This document shows, piece by piece, positions 1-14,000 of a stretch of DNA of 33,254 nucleotides. The notes beneath the pieces were generated by a model that saw only the letters and a program-made list of their open reading frames with translations, ran no database searches and had not been told where the DNA came from. The stretch covers positions 1-33,254 of the forward strand of contig JAUCBJ010003325.1 of NCBI GenBank assembly GCA_032718475.1, given 5' to 3'. The DNA is from Nemertoderma westbladi. Taxonomy: Eukaryota > Animalia > Xenacoelomorpha. The position numbers and the translations under genes were made by a program. Within the stretch, counting starts at the first letter, position 1, and every line of letters starts with the position of its first letter.

Positions 1-2
1 GT

Positions 3-1067
3 GTTGTCACACTATTTACCGTGTTATATTTCATTACAATTGTCGTAGTCAACTATCGAATAGGATCAGCTAAGATTCCCGCATTCATTTACGACGTCAG
101 TAATCTTCCTTCCCCCGCTCGCAAGGTCCTTGTTGTGGGTTACATGTTCACTGGTTCATCCTTTATGGGTGAAGTGTTTAACCAACACCCCAAAGTGTTC
201 TACATTTTCGAACCTTTATCTTTTATTCAGAATCATTTGAAACGCTACAAAAATGACGATGCTATTTCGCAGTTCAATGCGACGTGCAATGGACAGATAA
301 ACTGTTTGAGAGGAGCCCATATCCCTAGCGGAGCCATACTTCCTGCCTTGCAAACAATACTCAACTGCAATTAGCCAAGATTCTTTACCTTATTTGACAT
401 GGGTCTATTCTCCAAGGTGGTGATGGACAAGGTCGGCATTTGTAGTGAACTTATCGGGTATAATAATTGCACTGAGACTGTCCTGGATCGACTCGCTCAC
501 ATTGCGAGAATCTGTAAAACTTACGAAATTGTAGCGGCGAAAACAGTTCGTGTCGATAGTTTGGAGGAGATTAGGGAGTTCATAGAAACGGATGACACCG
601 CAGTGATTGTTCTTTCGAGAGATCCTAGAGGTAGAGCCGCTTCTGTTTCGTCTAGAATCCCAGCCGCCAAGGTTACTAATAATCGCGAAGCGATTAACCA
701 CGACACTATGGGTTACTGTCGGTGGTTGGGAGGTATGGTGAGACGGATTAACTCCTATAGACGCCCGGTTCTGTTTGTCCGATACGAGGATTTGTGTATC
801 AACCCCAACGCCACTTACAAACGTATTGTTGACTTCACTGGAATTTCTGCCGACGAAAACGTATTTAAATTTCTCGTGAATAATTCCTTCTACCAAAAGT
901 ATCAAAATCTGATACTTCAGAATAAGAAAGTGATTGGCGCCCGTCAGCCTGCCGAGATCGCTCTGTCATGGAAACAGAAAATGGAACGGGATGTTAGTGA
1001 CTCTATTTACGATATGTGTAATTCGGTTGTCGATTTGGAGTCTTTGGATTACCTAAGAGAGTACTAA
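3..1067 (+). pseudogene. Golgi carbohydrate (Gal/GlcNAc) 6-O-sulfotransferase, CHST1/3/4/5-like; 5' end outside the window; one in-frame TAG at 372-374
   Basis: ORFs 21..374 and 399..1067 share a frame and are joined by ...CTC AAC TGC AAT TAG CCA AGA TTC TTT ACC TTA TTT GAC ATG. Motifs: type II anchor VVTLFTVLYFITIVVV (frame open from base 3); 5'-PSB-like VLVVGYMFTGSSFMGEVFNQHPKVFYIFEPL (cf. CHST1 [31 protein letters not shown]); KTVR; 3'-PB LSRDPR; VRYEDL. No introns. Family call is strong; pseudogene status is less certain. Confidence 0.8.
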
Positions 1068-1494
1068 GGAATCACATTATACTTGCCACTCGCATTATAC
1101 TTGCATTATATCGCATTATACTAACATACAGGACTTTTTTGGTAAAATAAAATTAAAGATAGGAGTTCGGGGTCTTCTATTCGCGAGGGAATTTCCAATA
1201 TTAAATGTCGAAATTTGAAAGAATTAGACCGACTTCCCGACTCATTCTTCGCCCTTTGTAGTAAAGTAAGGTGCCGATGCGATGGGGACGAGATCATAAC
1301 TGTTACAAAAGCTGTAAATATATAGCAAGTTGGTTGAATACATATGTTTTTGTAATTGCGTGGTGTTTGTTCCGGTAATCGCCAAACATTACACGTTCGT
1401 GGGGCCTTCGCGCAGCACGAGACTCGGCTAACTCGAGAACGATTAACCCGAGAAAGCTGTAATCCGATTACTTGTTTGCTCTACTTCGTTAGCT

Positions 1495-4400
1495 AGTAGA
1501 CCCACACAGTATACCCACACAGTAGACCCAGACAGTAGACCCACAGTAGACCCACACAGTAGACCCACACAGTAGACCCACACAGTAGACCCAACAGTAG
1601 ACCCACACAGTAGACCCACACAGTAGACCCACACAGTAGACCCACACAGTAGACCCACACAGTAGACCCACACAGTAGACCCAGACAGTAGACCCGCACA
1701 ATAGACCCACACAGTAGACTCACACAATAGACCCACACAATAGACCCACACAATAGACCCACACAATAGACCCACACAATAGACCCACACAATAGACCCA
1801 CACAATAGACCCACACAATAGACCCACACAATAAACCCACACAGTAGACCCGCACAGTAGACCCACACAGTAGACCCACACATAGACCCACACAATAGAC
1901 CCACACAGTAGACCCACACAGTATACCCACACAGTAGACCCACACAATAGACCCACATAGACCCAACAGTAGACCCACACAATAGACCCACACAATAGAC
2001 CCACACAGTAGACCCACACAATAGACCCACACAATAGACCCACACAATAGACCCACACAATAGACCCACACAATAGACCCACACAGTAGACCCACACAAT
2101 AGACCCACACAGTAGACCACACAGTAGACCCACACAGTATACCCACACAGTAGACCCAGACAGTAGACCCACAGTAGACCCACACAGTAGACCCACACAA
2201 TAGACCCACACAATAGACCCACACAGTAGACCCACACAATAGACCCACACAATAGACCCACACAGTAGACCCACACAATAGACCCACACAATAGACCCAC
2301 ACAATAGACCCACACAATAGACCCACACAATAGACCCACACAATAGACCCACACAATAGACCCACACAGTAGACCCGCACAGTAGACCCACACAGTAGAC
2401 CCACACAATAGACCCACACAATAGACCCGCACAATATACCCACACAGTAGACCCACACAGTAGACCCACACAGTAGACCCACACAGTAGACCCGAACAAT
2501 AGACCCACACAGTAGACCCACACAGTAGACCCACACAGTAGACCCACACAGTAGACCCAGACAGTAGACCCACACAGTAGACCCACACAGTATACCCGCA
2601 CAGTAGACCCACACAGTAGACCCAGACAGTAGACCCACACAGTAGACCCACACAGTAGACCCAGACAGTAGACCCACACAGTAGACCCACACAGTAGACC
2701 CACACAGTAGACCCACACAGTAGACCCAGACAGTAGACCCACACAGTAGACCCACACAGTAGACCCGCACAGTAGACCCACACAGTAGACCCACACAGTA
2801 GACCCACACAGTAGACCCACACAGTAGACCCAGACAGTAGACCCACACAGTAGACCCACACAGTAGACCCACACAGTAGACCCACACAGTAGACCCAGAC
2901 AGTAGACCCACACAGTAGACCCACACAGTAGACCCGCACAGTAGACCCACACAGTAGACCCACACAATAGACCCACACAATAGACCCGCACAATATACCC
3001 ACACAGTAGACCCACACAGTAGACCCACACAGTAGACCCACACAGTAGACCCGAACAATAGACCCACACAGTAGACCCACACAGTAGACCCACACAGTAG
3101 ACCCACACAGTAACCCACACAGTAGACCCACACAGTAGACCCACACAGTAGACCCACACAGTAGACCCACACAATAAACCCACACAATAGACCCACACAA
3201 TAGACCCACACAATAGACCCACACAATAGACCCACACAATAGACCCACACAATAGACCCACACAGTAGACCCGCACAGTAGACCCACACAGTAGACCGCA
3301 CAATAGACCCACACAATAGACCCACACAATAGACCCACACAATAGACCCACACAATAGACCCACACAATAGACCCACACAGTAGACCCACACAATAGACC
3401 CACACAATAGACCCACACAGTAGACCCACACAATAGACCCACACAATAGACCCACACAATAGACCCACACAATAGACCCACACAATAGACCCACACAATA
3501 GACCCACACAATAGACCCACACAGTAGACCCGCACAGTAGACCCACACAGTAGACCCACACAATAGACCCACACAATAGACCCGCACAATATACCCACAC
3601 AGTAGACCCACACAGTAGACCCACACAGTAGACCCACACAGTAGACCCGAACAATAGACCCACACAGTAGACCCACACAGTAGACCCACACAGTAGACCC
3701 ACACAGTAGACCCAGACAGTAGACCCACACAGTAGACCCACACAGTATACCCGCACAGTAGACCCACACAGTAGACCCAGACAGTAGACCCACACAGTAG
3801 ACCCACACAGTAGACCCAGACAGTAGACCCACACAGTAGACCCACACAGTAGACCCACACAGTAGACCCACACAGTAGACCCAGACAGTAGACCCACACA
3901 GTAGACCCACACAGTAGACCCGCACAGTAGACCCACACAGTAGACCCACACAGTAGACCCACACAGTAGACCCACACAGTAGACCCAGACAGTAGACCCA
4001 CACAGTAGACCCACACAGTAGACCCACACAGTAGACCCACACAGTAGACCCAGACAGTAGACCCACACAGTAGACCCGCACAGTAGACCCACACAGTAGA
4101 CCCACACAATAGACCCACACAATAGACCCGCACAATATACCCACACAGTAGACCCACACAGTAGACCCACACAGTAGACCCACACAGTAGACCCGAACAG
4201 TAGACCCAGACAGTAGACCCGCACAGTAGACCCACACAGTAGACCCACACAGTAACCCACACAGTAGACCCACACAGTAGACCCACACAGTAGACCCACA
4301 CAGTAGACCCACACAGTAGACCCACACAGTAGACCCAGACAGTAGACCCGCACAGTAGACCCACACAGTAGACCGCACAATAGACCCACACAATAGACCC

Positions 4401-5659
4401 ACACAGTAGACCCGCACAATAGACCCACACAGTAGACCCACACAGTAGATCCACACAGTAGACCCACACAGTAGACCCACACAGTATACCCACACAGTAG
4501 ACCCACACAGTAGACCCGAACAATAGACCCACACAGTAGACCCACACAATAGACCCACACAGTAGACCCACACAGTAGACCCACACAGTATACCCACACA
4601 GTAGACCCACACAATAGACCCACACAGTAGACCCACACAGTAGACCCACACAGTAGACCCACACAGTAGACCCACACAGTAGACCCACACAGTAGACCCA
4701 CACAGTAGACCCGAACAATAGACCCACACAGTAGACCCACAGTAGACCCACACAGTAGACCCACACAGTAGACCCGCACAATAGACCCACACAGTAGACC
4801 CACACAGTAGACCCACACAGTATACCCACACAGTAGACCCACACAGTAGACCCACACAGTAGACCCGAACAGTAGACCCACACAGTAGACCCACACAGTA
4901 TACCCACACAGTAGACCCACACAGTAGACCCGAACAATAGACCCACACAGTAGACCCACACAATAGACCCACACAGTAGACCCACACAGTAGACCCACAC
5001 AGTAGACCCACACAGTATACCCACACAGTAGACCCACACAGTAGACCCACACAGTAGACCCGAACAGTAGACCCACACAGTAGACCCACACAGTATACCC
5101 ACACAGTAGACCCACACAGTAGACCCGAACAATAGACCCACACAGTAGACCCACACAATAGACCCACACAGTAGACCCACACAATAGACCCACACAGTAG
5201 ACCCACACAGTAGACCCACACAGTATACCCACACAGTAGACCCACACAGTAGACCCACACAGTAGACCCGAACAGTAGACCCACACAGTAGACCCACACA
5301 GTATACCCACACAGTAGACCCACACAGTAGACCCGAACTAGACCCACACAGTAGACCCACACAGTAGACCCACACAGTATACCCACACAGTAGACCCACA
5401 CAGTAGACCCACACAGTAGACCCGAACAGTAGACCCACACAGTAGACCCACACAGTATACCCACACAGTAGACCCACACAGTAGACCCGAACAATAGACC
5501 CACACAGTAGACCCACACAATAGACCCACACAGTAGACCCACACAATAGACCCACACAGTAGACCCACACAGTAGACCCACACAGTATACCCACACAGTA
5601 GACCCACACAGTAGACCCACACAGTAGACCCGAACAGTAGACCCACACAGTATACCCAC
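1495..5659. repeat. 13-bp satellite array, left block (~320 units), consensus AGTAGACCCACAC
   Basis: Direct reading. The 13-aa periodic translation GSTVWVYCVGLLC equals 3 x 13 nt. Recurrent variants: CAATAG, GTATAC, CCCGCAC, CCCAGAC, CCCGAAC. Confidence 0.98.
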
Positions 5660-8096
5660 TAGGGTGGTCCTTATTTTGAAAGGTTGGAATTTATCATCTC
5701 TGACCCCCTCAAATGTTTCCATTTCGTCAAAAAATACGACATGCGAAATTTTAAGCATGTACATCAAATATTAGAGGTAGCTCAAACACAGTGAAGTTGA
5801 GTGCCTGGTCACCGATTGATCGCGCGCGAAGAATTTAATAGAGTTTGCTGATATGAAGGCTTCTGTTGGTCGTACAGAGTTCATTTTAGGCTTATTTGAG
5901 CCGCAGTCGTCGATTTAGTGGGTGTAGATACCTTCAAAACAAGTGCTAAGCTAGTAGTTCTTGATATATCACACAAAAGCTTAAGCCCGGCACAACTCAT
6001 CAATCGATCATTCAATTGATTACGCCAAGGACATATTGAAATATTGGCATTAACATTTTGTAGGTCTACCTCCCTGCATCTTATTTCAGTTAATCTCGAT
6101 TTTAGCATTGTATAACAATTCAAAGCTATGTTTAGTAAAAAAAATTAATCACAACCCCATGGGAAATGCTTGCACAAGCATCACTAATTTGTGCCTAAGT
6201 GCCATTTGGTACGATATCAATAATTGGCCACAAAACTTAACTTTTGGTTAATTATATCTAGGAACTGTTCGTTTAATTTGATTTTGACTGATTTTAAGTG
6301 CAGAACCCAAAAATCGTATCTGATTTGTATTTTAAAATGATATGGTGCATGATATACAACAATACTATACTGTACTTCAAAGCATTTTAAGATAGGGATT
6401 GATAGATGCAGAGATATGTGCATCCAGCGACCAAAAGAGAACTAATATATATGGGAAGAAGGCAAGAAGCTTTGCACATATGTATTATACATAATTAGGC
6501 AATGCTGATTCCAAATCTGATTTCAGATTTGCCCTACCACATCAAGTTTTTTCACAATTGCCACTTTGAGTTCAAAAACTTATTGCAAACGACTGTGATG
6601 AGTGGCGTAGATTCAAATGAGAATCAAATATGCTCAAAATCAATCCAAAACATTGAATGGAGCTTTGTTTATATGAATTATATATTTTTAAACAATGCTG
6701 ATTCCAAATCTGCTTTCATATTTGCCATGCTGCATAGGATATCAAGTTGTTTTACAATTGCCAATTTAAGTTCAAATTACTTATCGCAAAGAATTATTAT
6801 GAGTGAAAGTATTTTCTTATACTATTTCTATATTCTATTATTTCCTATTGAAATTATTCAATAAGAATAAAATACACCCCCAAGTCAATCTACAACATAT
6901 GCTATGGTAAATCTGATAGCAGATTCACCATATAGATTGCATTGTTTAATATATAACTCAAATTAACAAAGCTCTTTTTCATGTTTTATATTGATTTGGA
7001 GCATATTTGATTATTATTGAATCTACTTCACTCATCACAGTTGTTCGCGATAAGTAATTTGAACTCAAATTGGCAATTGTGAAAAAACTTGATATGCTAT
7101 GGCAGCATGGCAAATCTGAAAGCAGATTTGTAATCACCATTGTTTAATCTACATCACTCATCATAGTTGTTTGCGATAAGTTTTTTGAATTCAAATTGGC
7201 TATTGTGAGAAAACTTGATGGGGTAGGGCAAATCTGAAATCAGATTTGGAATCAGCATTGTCTAATTATGTATAATGCATATGTTCAAAGCTTCTTCCCA
7301 TATAGTACTCTTATGGTCGCCGGATGCACATATCTCTGTATCTATCAATCCTTTTAATACGCTTTGAAGTACAGTATGGTATTGTTGTATATCATGCACT
7401 ATATCATTTTAAAATTCAAATCAGATGAGATTTTTGGATTCTGCACCTTAAAATCAGTCAAAATCAAATTAAACGAACAGTTTCTAGATATAATTAACCA
7501 AAAGTTAAGTTTTGTGGCCAATTATTGATATCGTACCAAATGGCGCTTAGGCACAAATTAGTGATGCTTGTGCAAGCATTTCCCATGGGGTTGTGAGAAA
7601 TTGTTTTTACTCAACATAGCTTTGAATGGTTAGACAATGCTAAAAGAGAGATTAACTGAAATAAGATGCAGGGAGGTAGACCTACAAAATGTTAATGCCA
7701 ATATTTCAATATGTCCTAGGCGCAATCAATTGAATGATCGATAGATTAGTTGTGCCGGGCTTAAGCTTTTGTGTGATATCTCAAGAACTACTAGCTTAGC
7801 ACTTGTTTTGAAGGTATCTACACCCACTAAATCGATGATTGAGGTTCAAATAAGCCTAAAATTAACTCTGTACAACAAATACAAGCCTTCATATCAGCAA
7901 ACTCCATTATATTCTGCGCGCGCGATCAAATGGTGTCCAAACGCTCAACTTCAGGGTGTTTGAGCTACCTCTAAATATATATCATTTGTGCTCAAATTTT
8001 ACTCAAGGTGTTTTTTTATTAGAAGAAAGGACTTGGGGGGGTCAGAGGAGAATTTCCACAACTTTTAAATTTTACATTGAAATAAGGACCACCCTA
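5660..8096. mobile_element. Non-autonomous hAT-superfamily DNA transposon with foldback (near-palindromic) body, 2437 bp
   Basis: Perfect 17-bp TIRs TAGGGTGGTCCTTATTT (5660-5676; reverse complement at 8080-8096). 8-bp TSD ATACCCAC at 5652-5659 and 8097-8104, derived from a satellite unit. TAGGG termini with an 8-bp TSD are typical of hAT. No transposase ORF. Arms are inverted copies, e.g. ~6150-6298 vs ~7448-7596 with about 2 mismatches. Confidence 0.9.
6500..7262. repeat. Internal ~120-190-bp subrepeats at the centre of the foldback element
   Basis: CAATGCTGATTCCAAATCTG...TCAAGTT...ACAATTGCCA...AGTTCAAA occurs at ~6500 and ~6693 (direct). Inverted copies lie at ~7025-7145 and ~7150-7262, with a partial copy at ~6895-7025. 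Confidence 0.75.
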
Positions 8097-11000
8097 ATAC
8101 CCACACAGTAGACCCACACAGTAGACCCGAACAATAGACCCACACAGTAGATCCACACAATAGACCCACACAGTAGACCCACACAGTAGACCCACACAGT
8201 AGACCCACACAGTAGACCCGAACAGTAGACCCACACAGTAGACCCACACAGTATACCCACACAGTATACCCACACAGTAGACCCACACAGTATACCCACA
8301 CAGTAGACCCACACAGTAGACCCGAACAATAGACCCACACAGTAGACCCACACAATAGACCCACACAGTAGACCCCACACAGTAGACCCACACAGTAGAC
8401 CCACACAGTAGACCCACACAATAGACCCACACAGTAGACCCACACAGTAGACCCACACAGTAGACCCACACAGTAGACCCACACAGTAGACCCACACAGT
8501 AGACCCGAACAATAGACCCACACAGTAGACCCACAGTAGACCCACACAGTAGACCCACACAGTAGACCCGCACAATAGACCCACACAGTAGACCCACACA
8601 GTAGACCCACACAGTATACCCACACAGTAGACCCACACAGTAGACCCACACAGTAGACCCGAACAGTAGACCCACACAGTAGACCCACACAGTAGACCCA
8701 CACAGTAGACCCACACAGTAGACCCGCACAGTAGACCCAGACAGTAGACCCAGACAGTAGACCTAGACCCGCACAGTATACCCACACAGTAGACCCACAC
8801 AGTATACCCACACAGTAGACCCGCACAGTAGACCCAGACAGTAGACCCAGACAGTAGACCTAGACCCGCACAGTATACCCACACAGTAGACCCACACAGT
8901 AGACCCACACAGTAGACCCGCACAGTAGACCCAGACAGTAGACCCAGACAGTAGACCCGCACAGTATACCCACACAGTAGACCCGCACAGTAGACCCACA
9001 CAGTAGACCCACACAGTAGACCCACACAGTAGACAAAGACAGTAGACCCACACAGTAGACCCGCACAATAGACCCAGACAGTAGACCCACACAGTAGACC
9101 CGCACAATAGACCCAGACAGTAGACCCACACAGTAGACCCGCACAATAGACCCACACAGTAGACCCACACAGTAGACCCACACAGTAGACCGCACAATAG
9201 ACCCACACAATAGACCCACACAATAGACCCAGACAGTAGACCCAGACAGTAGACCTAGACCCGCACAGTATACCCACACAATAGACCCACACAGTAGACC
9301 CACACAGTAGACCCACACAGTAGACCCACACAGTAGACCCACACAGTAGACCCACACAGTAGACCCACACAGTAGACCCACACAGTAGACCCACACAGTA
9401 GACCCACACAGTAGACCTAGACCCGCACAGTATACCCACACAATAGACCCACACAGTAGACCCACACAGTAGACCCACACAGTAGACCCACACAGTAGAC
9501 CTAGACCCGCACAGTATACCCACACAATAGACCCACACAGTAGACCCACACAGTAGACCCGCACAGTAGACCCAGACAGTAGACCCAGACAGTAGACCTA
9601 GACCCGCACAGTATACCCACACAATAGACCCACACAGTAGACCCACACAGTAGACCCACACAGTAGACCCACACAGTAGACCCACACAGTAGACCCACAC
9701 AGTAGACCCGAACAATAGACCCACACAGTAGACCCACAGTAGACCCACACAGTAGACCCACACAGTAGACCCGCACAATAGACCCACACAGTAGACCCAC
9801 ACAGTAGACCCGAACAATAGACCCACACAGTAGACCCACAGTAGACCCACACAGTAGACCCACACAGTAGACCCGCACAATAGACCCACACAGTAGACCC
9901 ACACAGTATACCCACACAGTAGACCCACACAGTAGACCCACACAGTAGACCCGAACAGTAGACCCACACAGTAGACCCACACAGTATACCCACACAGTAG
10001 ACCCACACAGTAGACCCGAACAATAGACCCACACAGTAGACCCACACAATAGACCCACACAGTAGACCCACACAGTAGACCCACACAGTAGACCCACACA
10101 GTATACCCACACAGTAGACCCACACAGTAGACCCACACAGTAGACCCGAACAGTAGACCCACACAGTAGACCCACACAGTATACCCACACAGTAGACCCA
10201 CACAGTAGACCCGAACAATAGACCCACACAGTAGACCCACACAATAGACCCACACAGTAGACCCACACAATAGACCCACACAGTAGACCCACACAGTAGA
10301 CCCACACAGTATACCCACACAGTAGACCCACACAGTAGACCCACACAGTAGACCCGAACAGTAGACCCACACAGTAGACCCACACAGTATACCCACACAG
10401 TAGACCCACACAGTAGACCCGAACTAGACCCACACAGTAGACCCACACAGTAGACCCACACAGTAGACCCACACAGTAGACCCACACAGTAGACCCACAC
10501 AGTAGACCCGAACAGTAGACCCACACAGTAGACCCACACAGTATACCCACACAGTAGACCCACACAGTAGACCCGAACAATAGACCCACACAGTAGACCC
10601 ACACAATAGACCCACACAGTAGACCCACACAGTAGACCCACACAGTAGACCCACACAGTAGACCCACACAGTAGACCCACACAGTAGACCCACACAGTAG
10701 ACCCACACAGTAGACCCAACAGTAGACCCACACAGTAGACCCACACAGTAGACCCACACAGTAGACCCACACAGTAGACCCACACAGTAGACCCACACAG
10801 TAGACCCACACAGTAGACCCAACAGTAGACCCACACAGTAGACCCACACAGTAGACCCACACAGTAGACCCACACAGTAGACCCACACAGTAGACCCACA
10901 CAGTAGACCCACACAGTAGACCCGAACAATAGACCCACACAGTAGACCCACACAGTAGACCCACACAGTAGACCCACACAGTAGACCCACACAGTAGACC

Positions 11001-14000
11001 CACACAGTAGACCCACACAGTAGACCCACACAGTAGACCCACACAGTAGACCCACACAGTAGACCCACACAGTAGACCCACACAGTAGACCCACACAGTA
11101 GACCCGCACAATAGACCCACACAGTAGACCCACAGTAGACCCACACAGTAGACCCACACAGTAGACCCACACAGTAGACCCACACAGTAGACCCACACAG
11201 TAGACCCACACAGTAGACCCACACAGTAGACCCACACAGTAGACCCACACAGTAGACCCACACAGTAGACCCACAATAGACCCACACAGTAGACCCACAG
11301 TAGACCCACACAGTAGACCCACACAGTAGACCCACACAATAGACCCACACAGTAGACCCACACAGTAGACCCGACAATAGACCCACACAGTAGACCCACA
11401 CAGTAGACCCCGTAGCCCACACAGTAGACCCACACAGTAGACCCACACAGTAGACCCACACAGTAGACCCACACAGTAGACCCACACAGTAGACCCACAC
11501 AGTAGACCCACACAGTAGACCCACACAGTAGACCCACACAGTATACCCACACAGTAGACCCACACAGTAGACCCACACAGTAGACCCACACAGTAGACCC
11601 GCACAGTAGACCCAGACAGTAGACCCAGACAGTAGACCTAGACCCGCACAGTATACCCAAACAGTAGACCCACACAGTAGACCCACACAGTAGACCCACA
11701 CAGTAGACCCACACAGTAGACCCACACAGTAGACCCGCACAGTAGACCCACACAGTAGACCCGCACAGTAGACCCACACAGTAGACCCACACAGTAGACC
11801 CACACAGTAGACCCACACAGTAGACCCACACAGTAGACCCACACAGTAGACCCACACAGTAGACCCACACAGTAGACCCGAACAATAGACCCACACAGTA
11901 GACCCACACAGTAGACCCACACAGTATACCCACACAGTAGACCCACACAATAGACCCACACAGTAGACCCACACAATAGACCCACACAGTAGACCCACAC
12001 AGTAGACCCACACAGTAGACCCACACAGTAGACCCACACAGTAGACCCACACAGTAGACCCACACAGTAGACCCACACAGTAGACCCACACAGTAGACCC
12101 ACACAGTAGACCCACACAGTAGACCCACACAGTAGACCCACACAGTAGACCCACACAGTAGACCCACACAGTAGACCCGAACAATAGACCCACACAGTAG
12201 ACCCACACAGTAGACCCACACAGTATACCCACACAGTAGACCCACATAGTAGACCCACACAGTAGACCCGAACAATAGACCCACACAGTAGACCCACACA
12301 GTAGACCCACACAGTAGACCCACACAGTAGACCCGCACAGTAGACCCGCACAGTAGACCCAGACAGTAGACCTAGACCCGCACAGTATACCCACACAGTA
12401 GACCCACACAGTAGACCCACACAGTAGACCCACACAGTAGACCCACACAGTAGACCCACACAGTAGACCGCACAATAGACCCACACAGTATACCCACACA
12501 GTAGACCCACACAGTAGACCCACACAGTAGACCCACACAGTAGACCCACACAGTAGACCCACACAGTAGACCCACACAGTAGACCCACACAGTAGACCCG
12601 ACAATAGACCCACACAGTAGACCCACACAGTAGACCCACACAGTAGACCCACACAGTAGACCCACACAGTAGACCCACACAGTAGACCCGCACAGTAGAC
12701 CCAGACAGTAGACCCACACAGTAGACCCGCACAGTATACCCACACAGTAGACCCACACAGTATACCCACACAAGTAGACCCACACAGTAGACCTCAGCAC
12801 AGTAGACCCGCACAGTAGACCCACACAGTAGACCCACACAGTAGACCCACACAGTAGACAAAGACAGTAGACCCACACAGTAGACCCGCACAATAGACCC
12901 ACACAGTAGACCCACACAGTAGACCCACACAGTAGACCCACACAGTAGACCCACACAGTAGACCCGCACAGTAGACCCACACAGTAGACCCACACAGTAG
13001 ACCCACACAGTAGACCCACACAGTAGACCCACACAGATAGACCCACACAGTAGACCCACACAGTAGACCCACACAGTAGACCCACACAGTAGACCCACAC
13101 AGTAGACCCACACAGTAGACCCACACAGTAGACCCACACAGTAGACCCACACAGTAGACCCACACAGTAGACCCACACAGTAGACCTAGACCCGCACAGT
13201 ATACCCACACAGTAGACCCACACAGTATACCCACACAATAGACCCACACAGTAGACCCACACAGTAGACCCGCACAGTAGACCCACACAGTAGACCCACA
13301 CAGTAGACCCACACAGTAGACCCACACAGTAGACTCCCCACAGTATACCCACACAGTAGACCCACACAGTAGACCCACACAGTAGACCCGCACAGTAGAC
13401 CCAGACAGTAGACCCAGACAGTAGACCTAGACCCGCACAGTATACCCACACAATAGACCCACACAGTAGACCCACACAGTAGACCCACACAGTAGACCCA
13501 CACAGTAGACCCACACAGTAGACCCACACAGTAGACCCGAACAATAGACCCACACAGTAGACCCACAGTAGACCCACACAGTAGACCCACACAGTAGACC
13601 CGCACAATAGACCCACACAGTAGACCCACACAGTAGACCCGAACAATAGACCCACACAGTAGACCCACAGTAGACCCACACAGTAGACCCACACAGTAGA
13701 CCCGAACAATAGACCCACACAATAGACCCACACAGTAGACCCACACAGTAGACCCGCACAGTAGACCCAGACAGTAGACCCAGACAGTAGACCTAGACCC
13801 GCACAGTATACCCACACAATAGACCCACACAGTAGACCCACACAGTAGACCCACACAGTAGACCCACACAGTAGACCCACACAGTAGACCCACACAGTAG
13901 ACCCGAACAATAGACCCACACAGTAGACCCACAGTAGACCCACACAGTAGACCCACACAGTAGACCCGCACAATAGACCCACACAGTAGACCCACACAGT

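Noticed and set aside
304-374. Small intron removing the TAG in the sulfotransferase
   Set aside because: The nearest GT (304) to AG (374) gives 71 nt, which shifts the frame and deletes the conserved-looking LQTILNC segment.
372-374. Alternative genetic code with TAG as sense
   Set aside because: NPRL2 terminates at TAG exactly where homologues end, and no other in-frame TAG occurs in the conserved coding regions.
405-905. Antisense ORFs over the sulfotransferase (and short ORFs overlapping NPRL2)
   Set aside because: Shadow ORFs of real coding sequence with no recognisable motifs.
5881-7963. Short ORFs inside the foldback element as a transposase
   Set aside because: No BED finger, DDE or hAT dimerisation motif. 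ORFs 5881-6123 and 7769-7963 are mirror images produced by the inverted repeat.
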